NCBI RefSeq assembly: GCF_006345805.1 | Contig: NC_042997.1 | Span: forward strand, 14,074,001-14,138,000 | Direction of reading: 5' to 3' | Length of the DNA stretch: 64,000 bases | DNA from: Octopus sinensis | Lineage: Eukaryota | In this document: piece after piece, positions 25,044 to 40,240 of the stretch | How positions within the stretch are numbered: the first letter of the stretch is position 1 | Layout: the number at the start of each line of letters is the position of its first letter | Program-made: the position numbers and the translations under genes | Notes under the pieces: generated by a model | What the model was told of the DNA's origin: nothing | The model's database searches: none | Seen by the model: the letters and a program-made list of their open reading frames with translations, nothing else

Positions 25044-25694
25044 GAGCACTTGACTATTTGACATCCTACTACTATCATGGCACTACCGCATTCTTCTTCA
25101 TCTCCTCATCATCATCATCCTTCTTCTTCTTCTTCTTCTTCTTCCTGCCTGCCAAGAATTCACAACGACCTCGAACCCACAAGAGTAAACAAGAGAGACA
25201 GAGACAGGCAGAAACAAGGAAAATGCCCTTTGTATTTGAATACTATGGAAATATTCTTTTAAATAAATTTTCTTTGAATTTTTCTAAAGTTTAATTGTTT
25301 TCCATACTTACAGTTGAAAAAGTCTCAATGACTGAGACCGGTACTGAAATGTTTTTTATAAAATTATTTTAGCATTTTATACCTTGACTTTTTTCTTTAT
25401 ATATCAACTCATGTGTTCCTTTTGAACCTTCTATATATATATATATATATGATTCTTTTATTCGTTTATTCGTTTCAGCCATATATATTCTCTTTCAAAC
25501 AAGAATATATATATTATTCTTAAACAAGATTATTGACTGTGAGTTCGAAGTTTCGACCAGGTATGTTATCGTCGAGGTTACTGTCATCAATATTATTGTT
25601 TAAGACTAATAAATTTAAACTCTACAAAAATATAGAATAACCCATCAGATTAAGGTAAAATTGTTTTTATTATAACTGAACATAAAAGCGAATA

Positions 25695-25723
25695 TAGATA
25701 GATAGATAGATAGATAGATAGAT

Positions 25724-25778
<55 letters not shown>

Positions 25779-25787
25779 AGATGGATG

Positions 25788-25866
<79 letters not shown>

Positions 25867-25898
25867 GATGGATAGATAGATAGATAGATAGATAATAT

Positions 25899-25948
<50 letters not shown>

Positions 25949-25963
25949 GATAGATAGATAGAT
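25695..25963. repeat. (GATA)n microsatellite
   Basis: Direct reading. Confidence 0.97.
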
Positions 25964-26540
25964 AGGTTGTACTGTTTCCTTATAGAATATTCAACAAAAA
26001 TGTACTCCATCTCGTGAGAAATAAATATTATTCATTTAAATATATATATATACATACACACATATATATGCATATATATATATACATATATATACATAAA
26101 CCTTTCACTAATCTATAACCAAAATTGTTATTTATGCAATTATTGATGGAACGTAGTGTATTTTTCTCTTATTTGTGTGCTACACTAGAAATATAAAATA
26201 TATCATTTCAGCAAAATCATGAATTAATATAATTCCAGAAGGTTTCTTTACATGTGTTGTTGTGTTTTTGGATTTATCTAGCTTTCTGCTTCATTTTACC
26301 CTCCTCCTATATTCCTCCCGGCGTTTTGCCATATTTCCTGAGGCTAAAGACATTTCCCAACAGCTCAGCAGATAATGACTGAAGGATGAAAACTATGTTT
26401 AAAGGTCGAAAAGAAGAAACATTTTAATCAAAAATCTCACTAGAAGGAATTTTTCGATTTCATGAAATCTCGCATACACACACACACACTCCCACAAACA
26501 CATGTACGTGTGCGCGAAATACGTACACATAGCTCACACA

Positions 26541-26580
<40 letters not shown>

Positions 26581-26751
26581 CATACTACAAGCATACACAC
26601 ACATTAACGCATATATACTTACACATGTACATGTATACAGGGTACACATTTACTTGCGTACGGGCGCATATTATTAATTCCAATCAAGATTAAGAACACG
26701 TAATTATATACAAAGACATACATACATATATACATATAGATACATATTTAT

Positions 26752-26782
<31 letters not shown>

Positions 26783-26892
26783 TATATATACATATTTATA
26801 TACATACATACGCATGTATATAATCACGCACACACATTATATATATATATACGTTTTATAGATGTAAAAGTGAGTGCGCTTTGTATGTTTTA

Positions 26893-27700
<808 letters not shown>

Positions 27701-28659
27701 CTTACATAAATTCAAAAAATAGATATGTATATCCATATGATCTTATATACATGCATACACTCGTATATACATGTATGCAAGCATACAAACACGCACGCAT
27801 TTACTATATATTATCGTAATGATTTGTTGAAGGAATTTTCGTCAACCATCTTCTTTAAATAGAGAGTTATTTTTATATTTTCACAACTTTTTCAACTGAA
27901 ACAAAAAAACAGCAAAAGTGTTTTATTGTAAAATTAAACGTACGAATTTAGCGTAAAAAATATGTCAGCCACCGAAGGAGCGTAAGAAAGTGTTAGAAGA
28001 ATCGTGAATGAAACTAGAAAAATGTTACGAAGGAAATAGAGCCGTGTTTTCGTGTGGAACTCTTCTTCCGGTTTGAGATGACATTGCTAACTTTCAATTA
28101 GACAGTATTTCCTGTTTCAGGAGATGCAGTGAAATCGCTACAGTATATGAACTAAGCATGTATGTGAAATAATGTTCCTCGGGCCAACTGCAAGGTGCCC
28201 CGCAGAGCCCCATTAGCAAACGAAATTCTATCAGATGCCTCAAAGCTTTGACATATTTTCTCTTAGCCACCAGTCACAAAGATATATATATATATACATA
28301 CATAAATATATGGGAGTGTGTATGGGTGTGTGTCTCTGTGTGTGAGTATTCGCGTGTTTGTATGCGTATTCTAAATGTGCATGCATACATGCACGCACGC
28401 ATATATATAAATACATATATATGTGTGTATGTGTGTGTGGTGTGTGTGCGTGCGTGTGTGTATAACCATATATACACACATATATGTATATATATGTATA
28501 TATATATATAGAGAGAGAGGGGGAGAGACATATATGAAACATATATATATTGCTGGATATATGTATATATATATGTATATACATATATATACAGAGAGAG
28601 AGAGAGAGGGAGACATGTATAGATAGATAGATAGATTTATATATACATACATACATTCT

Positions 28660-28887
28660 TTATTCTTTTATTCTTTTATTTGTTTCAGTTATTAGACTGC
28701 GGCCTTGCTGGAGCACCGCCTTTAGTCGAACAAGTCGACCCCAGGACTTATTCAGTTTAAGCTTAGTGCTTATTCTATCGGTCTCTTTTACCGAACCGCT
28801 ATGTTACGGGCACGTAAACACACCAACATCGGTTGACAACCGATGGTGGGGTCACACACAGGCACACACAACCACACAGTCACAAAT

Positions 28888-28925
<38 letters not shown>

Positions 28926-29105
28926 GTATATATAAGACAGGCTTCATTCAGTGGCTTCTTTCAGTTTCCGTCTACCAAATCCACTCACAATGTCGGTCCG
29001 AGGCAATAGCAGAAGACACTTGCCCAAGGTACCACGCAGTGGTACTAAACCCGGAACCATGTAGCTGGTAAGCAAGCTACTTACCACAGAGCCACTTCTG
29101 CGCCT
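28660..29105 (-). mobile_element. SINE family B
   Basis: Reverse complement of the 50188 copy along its full length. Confidence 0.85.
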
Positions 29106-29149
29106 CTACATATAATGTATGCATGTATTTCTGGATATTTGTGTGTATG

Positions 29150-29184
29150 TGTGACAGTATCCATATATATATATCTATATATTT

Positions 29185-29234
<50 letters not shown>

Positions 29235-29388
29235 TTATATATATATATATATGATGTTTGTATTTCTGGATATATGTGTGTGTATACATATATGTATATT
29301 CATATATATATATATATTTATATATATATATAACATATCTATATATATATATATAATATATATATATATATAATATATATATATTATA

Positions 29389-29443
<55 letters not shown>

Positions 29444-29520
29444 TATATTATATATATATATATATTTATATATAGATATGTTATATATATATAAATATAT
29501 ACTTACATATATATATATAA
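29150..29520. repeat. Degenerate (TA)n tract
   Basis: Direct reading. Confidence 0.92.
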
Positions 29521-29874
29521 TATTACAAATTTGGGATTTTACCAATAGAATCACCACTCCTATTTCAGAATAACCTTAGTGTAGGGAATACACATAGAGA
29601 GTTATATCCAATAAAATAATAATAATTATAAATATAAAATATAGACATTTAAACACCTAGTATAAAATACAATAAAATTATTTGAAATATATATATAATT
29701 TACCAGTTATTAGTCTGTGGAAAAAAAGATATTTTTAATCAACGCTACACGTATTTCTGCGCTGGTGGAGTGTTTATTAAGGCTATACCTAATACATAAA
29801 TCCACCAGTGCTTTTGTTCTGGCATGCTAACGATTCTGCCAGCTCGCCATTCGCTATTTAAATAAGGGTTTCAA

Positions 29875-30078
29875 ATTTTGGTACAGAGCCAGTAGTTTTT
29901 GAAGGGATGTGAAGGTCGATTACATCGATCCCAGGATCTGACGAGTATTTGTTTTATCGACCCGAAAATATAGCAAAGTTTAACTTGTAAGCATTTGATC
30001 TCAAAACGTAAACAGTTCGAAGAAACACTGCTAAGCATTTTTGTCCGGTGTGCACACGATTTTGCCAGCTCGCCACCT
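29875..30078 (-). mobile_element. SINE family C variant, diverged
   Basis: gtcgattacatcgatccca..gctaagcatttt..ctgccagctcgcc-like blocks. Confidence 0.65.
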
Positions 30079-30399
30079 TCAGTACATTAAATAAAGAGAG
30101 ACCAAATAAACCGCCATGCTGATGCAGCAAATCGAATTTTTCACATGGACTCAAAGATGGTTTATCCAAGAATTTGGAGGTTTATAAATGCATTCAAAAG
30201 AATTCAAAAAGTCGTGGTACTTGTTCACATTAGCTAACGGCTGTCAATGCACCACCAGCCAACTCTGAAACTTTCTTTAATGAAAAACTATTGAATATAT
30301 ACATGGTATTTCTTTAAATTGAAAAAAGCGTTTTTTTACTTCTTTTTTATATTCATAACATGTATAAGCATGTAAACATTATTTTATTTTGTATGGCGC

Positions 30400-31320
30400 C
30401 GTTTTCCAATTCCATTTAATTTCATTTAATTTTAAATTTCTAAAGCTAACTGAGGTAATCAGCTGGTTAATAAGGTGGTTCGGTGTGGAAATCAGCCGGT
30501 TTTGAATTGGTAGTGATGAAAAGGCGACGATGTGCAAAAGTGATGTATCTACAGCGATGCGACGGCGGTAATTAGTTTTTCCTACATGTTCTAATCTGCA
30601 GGCAATCACTCCATTTAACTTAAATTTTTCTACTGCAAAATTTTTCGCTATATAACACTCATTCTTCCTTATTCAAAAAGCCTGTAGAGAAGAATGGGCA
30701 GGATATAGCAAAGCTGTTTACGAATGCCCCTACCAGTTCTCACTTATATGGTTTCCTAATCTGGTCGAAGTAAACTTTCCATACAGAGAATGGCGTGTTC
30801 GGTTTCTATCTATAAGTCCTGCCTCCTTTGCCGTTTATTTTGCAAAACTATGGTCTGTGTAGGCGGTCAACCGAAATTAAACATTATGCGCTTCCCTTAT
30901 CTGCTAACCTAATAAATACTCTATCTAGAGAGCATCTGAATGCAGTTTGTCTAAAGCCACATTCGGTCATTACCTGTTAAACGGAGGAACTACCTGAGCA
31001 ATTTGCGACACTTTTATAACTCCTGTTCTATTGGAACTCCCCGCAAAATCAAGACGCTCGTCTATGATGCAATTCCAGTCGCTCACTAATGAGCGGTACA
31101 TTCTCAATAAGGCCACCAAACGCCTGAAGTAATCTGGTAGTTCTACGCCAGTCGGTACATAGTCACTAGTTTGAAGTAAACGCTGGTGTTCACGCCCAGA
31201 TGGTCTATCTAAATCCAGAAATATCATCCGTACCTTGATATCCTCACATTTCCGAGATATTACCGCCACTCTGCTCGACATACCATCAACAATGTTCTCG
31301 CGCTTCACATAAGTGTAAAG
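30400..31320 (-). pseudogene. Decayed Jockey/CR1-group RT relic
   Basis: IFLDLDR..REHQRLL..GVELPDYF resembles the FLD.SKAFD.V.H..LL region; later RRRIAVDTSLLHIV..PIQNRL. Confidence 0.45.
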
Positions 31321-31331
31321 TTGAGGCATGT

Positions 31332-31627
31332 GAGGGCACATGGCCACGTGATTAGGGTGTTGCATTCACGATCACAAGATCTTGCTTTCGATTCCCGGAC
31401 CAATCGATGCGTTGTGCTCTTGAACAAAACATTTCATTTCACGTTGATCTGCGATCACTTCGACATCTGATATGTGGATGACCAATCACCTGTACTGACA
31501 ATGTTGATTTGATGGAGGGAGGGAGTTAATGCACAGCCCAAATATTTGATCACTTTAAACAAATCATAAGTGCAGCTTGTTTTCTGCAAAAATTTGCGAA
31601 GACATACGTCTCGACCTTGACGGACTT
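31332..31627 (+). mobile_element. tRNA-derived SINE, family D
   Basis: Shares aaaacatttcatttcacgttg..ctgcgatcac with 3410-3704. Confidence 0.7.
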
Positions 31628-31649
31628 TCAATGACAGGAGAGTTCATCA

Positions 31650-32350
31650 AATTTGAGAAGAATGTCGGTGTGTGTTTTTTTCTTATTATTGATGTAGCTT
31701 TTCTTTTTCTTTGCTTTTGTTATGGTTGATGCAGTAGTTGTCATTTCCTGTTCATGTTGTTACGGTCTTTGTGCTTTTGGTTCTTTCGTGGCTTCAAGAT
31801 TTTTTGTTTATTCGGTAATTGTTGATGTTATAGTGGTTTATGGAAAGTGCTTTATATCCGTTATATTTGGGGATCTTCGCTTTCTTTTCCAGTAAGACTT
31901 ATTTAGAGGCCGTTTCCTTCTCCCCATCACCACCACCGTTACAACGACAGTTTGCCAAGATCCAGTCTCCTCATTTCTTTCTTCGTCATTTAAAGTGTGT
32001 TCAAAGGAGAGCAAGGAGTCAGAAGAGCAGGAGAGAAAAAAACTGGTTAGTGATTGTGAGTGCCTAAGTGTCATTTGTGTTGGTGTTGCTTCGGTGAGAT
32101 AGCGCAATATCCTCTGTTGTTTAAGCCATCCACATTCCCCTTCAGTATCTCGGATTTGACTTCACTTGGGTGCAGTTACGTGTCGTTTTAAACGTTTAAC
32201 TGGTGGAAATCTTGTCTTATTTTTCTGATTGTATTTGGATCAGGAGTTCCTTGTTCTTAAAGTAGTGTTCCTCGTATTCAGTATTTTCTCCTATCTCCCG
32301 AGAACAACTTATTTCACCACCCACTTGATACTCATCTCTAGCGGTACACA
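31650..32350 (-). pseudogene. Decayed ORF1-like relic related to the Tx1 ORF1
   Basis: Minus-strand peptides EERNEETGSWQTV..GRRKRP and ELLIQIQSENKTRFP resemble DETSEEWQIATKRRK and IEFLFHISQEDINKIP in 20368-21369; multiple stops. Confidence 0.35.
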
Positions 32351-34379
32351 CAAGGCCGTCATCGTTGCCACTCGTCACCCTTTACATGGCAGCTAAATTT
32401 TCGTATTCATATACAAGGCTTTAAAGTAAGTCTGTAAGTCAGTTTCTCGCAAGATCTCATTTCCACTGTTCCATATTACTTGAAGCTAGTAACGAAGTCG
32501 ATATTGCGTCGTATTCTTCTCAATTACTTCTCTAACAAACTCGTGGGGGTCGTTTCATTCGTTGGCACATTATCGAACACGCATCGGTACATACCTGCTC
32601 TTCAAGTCATTTACTCTAAAAGCTCTGAGGGCACGCCTTCTGCAGCCATTCTGTGATCCCTGCAATTTTTTGGTACCTTTCAGGCCTGTCTCACTTCTAG
32701 AAGGAACTACTTAACTGTTTCTATGGTTCTTACAAAGGAGTTAGTTTTTATAGCTCTCTTCCTGTAGCTTCTGTTTCGTGTTACTTTCACTATTGCTGTT
32801 CGTAGACATCGGAAGCCAATAGCATTAATGGTGTTTGTGTTATGAGTTCAATGAAATCACGTTTTATCCGCTCATTTCTGTCGAGATTACTGACCTGTTA
32901 CTACTGGTGATGGTAGCCAAGATACTAGTGCTATTGTTCATGTTGCTTCCAATGTAGCTGAGCTGGCACAAGGAAGACAAATAATGGAGGTGAACGTAGC
33001 TTTCTAGAATAATCTCAGTACCAATTGATTACGGTTATAGGCCTATTTTCCTGAGTTTCCTCCCCTTTTTTCTTTTTTTGTCTCATTGTCACCGAATTGG
33101 AGTCGATTTATTATTACTCCAAAGCAATATGTTTTAGGTGATATGTGTACGAACGAGATATATCAAGTACGAAGTCAGATATGGTGGCTGCATAATGAGA
33201 TAGAATTGATTCCAAACGTTTATTAAGAAATTATAATAAATCTAATAACAGTAATCTGAGCTAAGTCTGCGTCAGTGACTGTAAATCCACGTAAAGACAT
33301 AATAGAAACAGAGCAAAATAATGACAATGGACAAGAGCACAAAGTCAATACGCTGTAAATGAAAGGAAGATATATTGGTTAAGGTATATAGAAGGGGAGA
33401 AAAATTAGAAAGGAAACGCAACGTGGGATCAGAGATAAGGCAACCTGGAGTAGCAACTGAGTTAGTGATTACAACTAGATAAGATTGAACGTGCACTAAG
33501 GGAATAATCGTTAAAGTAGTGTAGTTAAGTACGTGTAGATGTGTTTATATATGTGTGAGAGAGAGAGAGAGAGTAGCTGCTTCTGTGCGTGAGCAAAGCA
33601 GTGTACAAGTGTGTAGAAGTGGATAATGAATGTGTTGGTAGAGTGAATATGGCGTGATACTCTATGTGTAGTACGAACAACTCGTCATAGTGTATAAGGG
33701 TGGATGTGTGAAAGATGGGTGTGAATAGAAAAACCATAACGGGAAGTACGTGTGTTGGGGAAATTGTGTTCAAGCAGAAGAGTAAGTGTTTTTCTCACGA
33801 AAGACTGAAACAAGATTTCGTTATGTTGTACAAACCCACAGACAGCGAATTGCAGATGGGACAGCCTGGAGAATTGAAATGGCCTGAGTGATTCAGTATT
33901 GTCTCATTGGCTGTCCAACGCTTGTTTCCCATAAATAATCAGTTTCCTTTTACAAGTCAAAATTCGGTCGATGAGATATGTGACTGTGGAAGAAGAAGAG
34001 AAGAGAAGATAAATACAAGCACAGTGATGAGTGGTCTAGGTATTTGGGGGCTAAGAAGTTTCAAAATGATTACTTCTTTTAATGCACGTTCGGGCTTCTC
34101 TGGTTATAATCACTACTACAGTTACTATTCCGAAATTTCTAATCTCTGAACGCCACTTTACATTTCCTTCCAATTTTTGTCTCTTCTGTCTATCTTAACA
34201 AAGAACAATCGTTCAAAATGTCGATATATCTTCCCTTCATTTACAGCTTAACTACATTGATTTAGTACTCTTTTTTTTGCAACTTTTTTTTTCTATTTTT
34301 ACTTGTAAAGACCAGACTATCACACCGACTTAGTACAACCTCTGTTAGGTCATTTGACAATGCCATGCGGTGTCCAAAA

Positions 34380-35000
34380 CGGCAAAGTGAAAGGAGTTCC
34401 GATCGTGTGATATTTAGGAGTATTTCTTCAACCCAGAAATCAAATTTGTTCGAGAGTATAGCATCACAACCCTATTAGTAAATCAAATGTCTTGAACTGC
34501 CCAAAACCAGTAGTGCAGTGTCTGGGTAGGGTATCGCTTGAGTTACGTAAAGAACTGTTTGTTGTAAAAGAAGGGACGCATTCTTTGATGTGATACAGGA
34601 TTTGGTCGGGGTCGGTTGATGTCTGGAACTTAAATCACTGGAAATATGAAACTATCCGTCATGCAATAGAATTGTCATCTTTTCTGTAATACGCAAGTTG
34701 CATATATTTTTGCAATTGGCGAAAAGTTTTGTGGGGACAATATTCAGGAATATTTATTATTGTTTTTAATTTTATCGTTCTTGGATCATGAATACTTAAA
34801 CGAAACTACGTCATTCGTTTTTGTTTTTTATTTGTTTTTTTTTCGTTTTGGATTTCTCAGTCTTTCGTCTATCTTTACATTCTGACTTGAAATTCGTTTG
34901 GTTGGATCTGATATTATAAAAATATCCCTCATGGATTTTTTTTTGTAAGATAGATGGAGGCGACGATTGGAACTGATGTGCATTGTCACTAGATTTCCTG
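34380..35000 (-). pseudogene. Highly decayed Penelope-like RT relic (tentative)
   Basis: Fragmentary resemblance to PLE RT motifs (an FRPI-like segment and GCDAI...FW); many stops. Confidence 0.3.
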
Positions 35001-35589
35001 TAAGCGTATTAAATGTTATTTCCAAGTCAAAATTATAAAGTGATATCTAGGATGCTTACGGTATGAAGCCTACTGTTATTTTTAACTTTACATCTTTGAA
35101 TGCTTTCATATCTTTCCTTCATCAGTCTTATTATCATTTTGTAAAATTTCAAGTCTGTTTCTCTGTTTATACTGCATTTGTTCACAAGATTTTTTTTTAA
35201 GACAAGAAGTATTTATCTATTAAGTAGAAAACATCGACCGATTCTTTGAATTTCTCTACGAGGGCAAAATAATCGGCAGAAGTTTGACTGCTGCAATCGA
35301 ATTGATTGACCTCTGCATGTCTGTTGGCGTGCACATATATTTTACCTATTTATACATGGTTTTGTGCATATGGATCTTTACATAAGCATTTGTGCATTTT
35401 CATGTGTGTATATGCATATGTGCCTGTGCAATGTAGATAGGCAAAACCTGACTGCCTGGTCTTGTAATTTGTTGGTTTAACGGTGGAACTGACCATGTAA
35501 TTCCATACGGAGTAGGGTTTCTTCTATCTCGTTGGCTGTTCTTGATCGGAATTCATGAACACTCTCAAGTCCATTTTTGTTAATTCCTT

Positions 35590-36860
35590 CTGTGCTAGCA
35601 GCATACTGTAGTGCGATCGAGTTGGTCAATCTCCACTTGTGTCCATTTCAGGATGGGTGCAATATAGCGGACTACAGCAACATCCCATATGTTGAAAGCA
35701 GTCACAAGATTCCCTGAGATGAGCTTTGATTTCAAGACAAGTTTGAGGTGCTTGAAATATGCAGTGATGAACTTGTCTATCATTTCTTTGTGCAAGATAT
35801 TGTCCAGCTCCAGGATCCCAAGGTACTTGTACCCATCGTCATTGCACACACGTTCTCAGCTATTCCACACATGTCGAATGTTTCCAAAATCCACGAATGC
35901 GGCAACATGTCTTAAGCCTTTTTGAAGTCTATCCATGCCATGCATATGTTTTTTTAGTACCGTTTACAATTCTTCATTATAATCTTGTATATCACAAGGG
36001 GGTCCTTGGTGCCCTTAGATCCTTTTCAGCATCCCTTTTGTTCTACTGGCAGTAGATTGTTTTCCGCAAGGAAGGTATATATTTTCCCTACGAGGGTACC
36101 TGTTAATATTTTCCATAGGAGGTTATGACAAGCAATGGGTTGGTAATTGCCAACCTCATTGCTCTTTGACCGGTCTTTCATTAACAATGTTGTTCTTCCC
36201 TCTACCATCCACTCTGGAACTGCACCGCTCTGTAGGCATTTGTCTAATTGCAACGCAATTCTCTTGTGTTTTGACCCAAACCATTTGCTCCAGTAGCCTT
36301 GATTTCTGTCTGGTCCTGCTGCTTTCCAGTTTGGCAATTTTGATATCTGTGCAATGACATCTTCCGTTGTTATGCGCACATAGTCCTGTCGTGGAGTCCC
36401 CGGGTGATGGAGTTCGGATCTCATGGAATGAATCCACTCAGCACTGGTTTTGCGAAACTTATTACCCCCGGTGTTATTCCAAAACCGTCGGGTTTCTTCT
36501 GCTTCAGGAGGTGTATTATTTTCCGTATATCCTTCTAAGCCCTTAAAAAGCTGCCTCTGGTTATTTGAGAATAACCGGTTTTGCTGCCTGCATATGTTGT
36601 TTTAGGGTTTCGATTACAGTTTTGAACACTTTATTTTCTATTTGGTACTTCACATCTAGATATGCCCTTGCATTTTCTTTTCTATTTTTCCATTTCCTTT
36701 GGACCATTCTTCTATGCGGCTCAGATCTACGCAAGGTTAGTATGGCTAGCAGTTGTTGGATTGCGACCGTGCCCACCCTGCTGCACAGTGGGGCACCTGC
36801 CGGGTGCGGCATCTTCACCATTGGTTCCAGTCCCGTTCATACTGTTATCGTCATTTATTT
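35590..36860 (-). mobile_element. R4/Dong-clade non-LTR retrotransposon relic with internal deletions
   Basis: LPNWKAAGPD, VPEWMVEGRTTLLMKD, NYQPIAC, EQKGC, MAWIDFKKA, then a direct jump to YKYLGILE...LKSKL..GNLV.AFNIW, a signature of R4-clade RT. The YxDD region is absent. Confidence 0.85.
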
Positions 36861-36912
36861 TGCTTGGCATTTTCACTCACAAATGTGGTGTGTTTTTAGG
36901 TTACTAGCAAAC

Positions 36913-37145
36913 GGTGGCGAGCTGGCAGAAACGTTAGCACGCTGGGCGAAATGCTTAGTGGTATTTCGTCTGCCACTACGTTCTAAGTTCAAATTCCGCC
37001 GAGGTCGACTTTCCCTTTCATCCTTTCGAAGTCGATAAATTAAGTACCAGTTATGCACTGGGGTCGATGTAATCGACTTAATCCATTGTCTGTCCTTGTT
37101 TGTCCCTTCTGTATGTAGCCCCTTGTGGGTAGTAAAGAAATAGAT
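36913..37145 (+). mobile_element. SINE family C
   Basis: Homologous to 1828-2055. Confidence 0.85.
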
Positions 37146-37149
37146 GTTT

Positions 37150-37640
37150 TTATCGAGACACCATCTCTATCAAGGTAGTCCGCCAAGGCGGTAGGATCCT
37201 TGCTCTCCTGTTTTGGGATTGGAGTATTCCTTCTTCTAGGCTGCTTGCCACCCAAGGCTAACGAGTACAGCCTACCCGAAGCACCGGTTATTTGGAGGCG
37301 TCAGACACTCACTTTTTCCACACTTCTGTTGGTTTTGCGCAGGAGCCGGGGTTGACTGTCAGGGGACAGGTTTTCACCACTGTGACTAAGGAGTCCTATC
37401 TACCCCAGTTTTGAAATCAGAGTATTCCTTCTCCTAGGCAGACTGCCAACTAAGGCTCACGAGTTGTGTCTCCCTGTCTTCGGGATGGCCATTGACTCTT
37501 TTAAATACCACTGGCCTTTGCCGGGCTTTGTTTTTAATCCTGCAGGGTGTCGAAAATTCACCCTCCTCACCAAGCAAGCTTAGTGGTGTGCCGGTTTAGT
37601 CACCGACGACTCGACGGTTTCACAACGCCACTTGTTCATC
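37150..37640 (+). mobile_element. RTE-like 5' UTR fragment with an internal duplicated structured motif
   Basis: gagtattccttct(t/c)ctag..gcc-N6-ggc-t(a/c)acgag occurs twice (37193-37274 and 37389-37471). The family assignment is recollection only. Confidence 0.4.
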
Positions 37641-37694
37641 ATTCTGGATAATTATTGTTCACTATTATAATTTCAGTATTACTACTATAATCCC

Positions 37695-37790
<96 letters not shown>

Positions 37791-37882
37791 TATTATTATT
37801 ATTATTATCATCATCATCATCATCACCATCATCCTCATCCTCATCATCATCATCATCATCATCATAATCATCATCATCATCA
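37695..37882. repeat. (ATT)n(ATC)n compound microsatellite
   Basis: Direct reading. Confidence 0.95.
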
Positions 37883-40240
37883 TGATCCTCGCCATTATAG
37901 AAATATGTCTTTGTGTGTGAGTGTTGTTTATGTTTCTTTAAATACTTCTCACAGGAAAACGCACAATGTGAAGCTGATTTGTGAACCGTCATAATATAAA
38001 TGGCATTGAAATAGATAACGCCAATATTGTCACAATCTAGATAATAACTATGAATATATAAAATTGAACCAATGCTTCAGGCATTTCAGTTATCTGACAT
38101 CCAAATTGGAGAAACATTGATTTATCTTTATGACTAAAATCGTTGATGGTTGGAAGCAAAATGTAAAATACAAATCAATATCACGTTTGAATTCTTTCTC
38201 ATAAAAGGATTAGATACATGCTAAGAGACAGAAAATCTAGGCTATAATCAATGAGGAATGGTTTTATTTATTATTTTTAGTCGGTATTTCTCTTTAACAG
38301 TAAGCGTCAAAGAACTAAGCTGCCGGCGAACTGAGGTTACGAATCGGATTACACTCGCAGCTGTAGATATTTTCCTTCAGTTGTTTTGCTTTCTGTACTT
38401 AAGGAACTCGAACGTATCCCGTTGTACCGTTCAATTATCATCCACTGGTGTGATAAGTGTTAATCACCGGCAGAAAGGAAATGTTGATTATGAATTATGG
38501 CCAACCCTCTTGGCTGAGTAACACGTCCCTCTGATGGTGGATATCCTATGCTAGATGAAAACGTATGTAATGACATAGACTGTTGCACACACACACAAAC
38601 ATGCACATACATACACATACATACATGCGAGTGCAAACGCGTGCACACATCAGTAACATGATCCTTAGATGTCTTCAGTGAAGTCCACTCTCTTTGCAAG
38701 CTTTTGGACCAGGTTATATGTCTAAACTCATCAAGATCTCCCTCCTCATATGCCCAACAAGATTATGAATGCTGCCATTAATATGACAAAATTAATGGCT
38801 CTCCCTGATGAGAGCTAGAATTCGGAGATAAATGAAAAACTCTAGTCCGAAACCCAGTACTAGGCTTATTTTCTCCCAGCCGTATGTTCAGTAGAACTTA
38901 GTACAACAAGCTAATTACCTTGTGATAAAACTACTTAGAGAATCGAATTCTTACTGCCCTTCTTTTTTAGACGTTTTGAGCCAAGTGGAGTTCAGTTCCG
39001 TAATTATAAAGTGTTGACGGTAACGTACGAACTGCCAGCCTTTCAGCTGGATGTCCACTACCCAATACGTTCATATTCATACATTAACGTTCTCGCTGAT
39101 TAAGTCTAATAACACTTGAAATACAGCCATTCGTTACTTGATACCTATATATGAAATAAATAGATCATAGAGCCAATGAAGGAACATAGAATCTTAAGTG
39201 ATCAATCTGTCTGTTTTGAATAGCAAGCAAATATCCTCCAAAGGAATAACATTTTAAAGACATATACCTGGAAAAAGAGCAGGGTTATCATAAGTCTTCT
39301 TGAGCGAGGCTAACCTGATGCTAAAAAACATAGTCTTCTCAACTTATCTAAAATTATGGAAGTTCGTAGATCTTATTTACGCAGGACACGACTTTTGTGA
39401 ATAACTGAACTTTTACTTGTCATCTAACATGATATTCAAGCATTCATTAAATTATTTACCCATAGATTAAGTTGAAGAAACTACTGATGGTTATAGTCTA
39501 TAGGTGTTCATAAACGACTTTGTTGTAATAAGCGAAGAATCTACAGCATCATTGTTGCCCTCCGTTCCATAATTATGTAGAGAAAAAGAGACAGAGAGAT
39601 TGCTGTCGTTAACAGAATTGCTGGCTCCAAGCCAAATTGATAATGGCACTTCTTTTCTCTCAACTCTCAGGTGAAAAGCAACGGCGAGAAATTTTAGATT
39701 AAAAATAGATTAATAACTATAAAACTTTTTTTTTTCAAGTCAGGAACTGTTACATTGTTTTCTGTGTCTCAAATGAAACAATCTTAGGATAATGGATTAT
39801 TCAGAAAGTGTAAAATTTTCTACCTTGCGGTACATATGTAAAGTAACAGTGTCGTCTCTATATTTTGAGTTCTAATCCTACAAGGGTAGACTTGAATTTA
39901 ACATAACGCCGTAAGACAATAATATAAGGATACAATATGATGTTGTTGGAAGTAGCTAATACAAGGAAAGATATCGACTATATGTGTGAGTTGCTTGTGA
40001 GGAAACAACTGGCATGTCTTTATGACAGTAAGCAAGCAACTACTTCCCCTGATTCAGGCTTTCTTGTCGTAAACCTCATGTTTCATGCTTTAATAACGCG
40101 AGAAAGGGCACGAGGATGACTCGGCGTTCACACTGTGTCGCGATTATGGCTTGTAGATATCAGAGATTAAAATTAGTTCGTGTTCTAATAACTGGTTATT
40201 AATCTGGTTATGGCAAAGTAGAAAGTTCATATTCATAGAA

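Noticed and set aside
25535-25585. Possible minus-strand hammerhead relic
   Set aside because: The core is altered and helices I and II are not supported.
38801-38864. CTGATGA..GAAA motif
   Set aside because: Helix II is plausible but helix I and the cleavage site cannot be assigned; counted only as a weak case.
39660-39705. Third short terminal exon (GEKQRREILD-stop) after a pyrimidine tract
   Set aside because: No homology to the 40.5/40.8 kb cores; isolated acceptor-like sites are common in AT-rich DNA.
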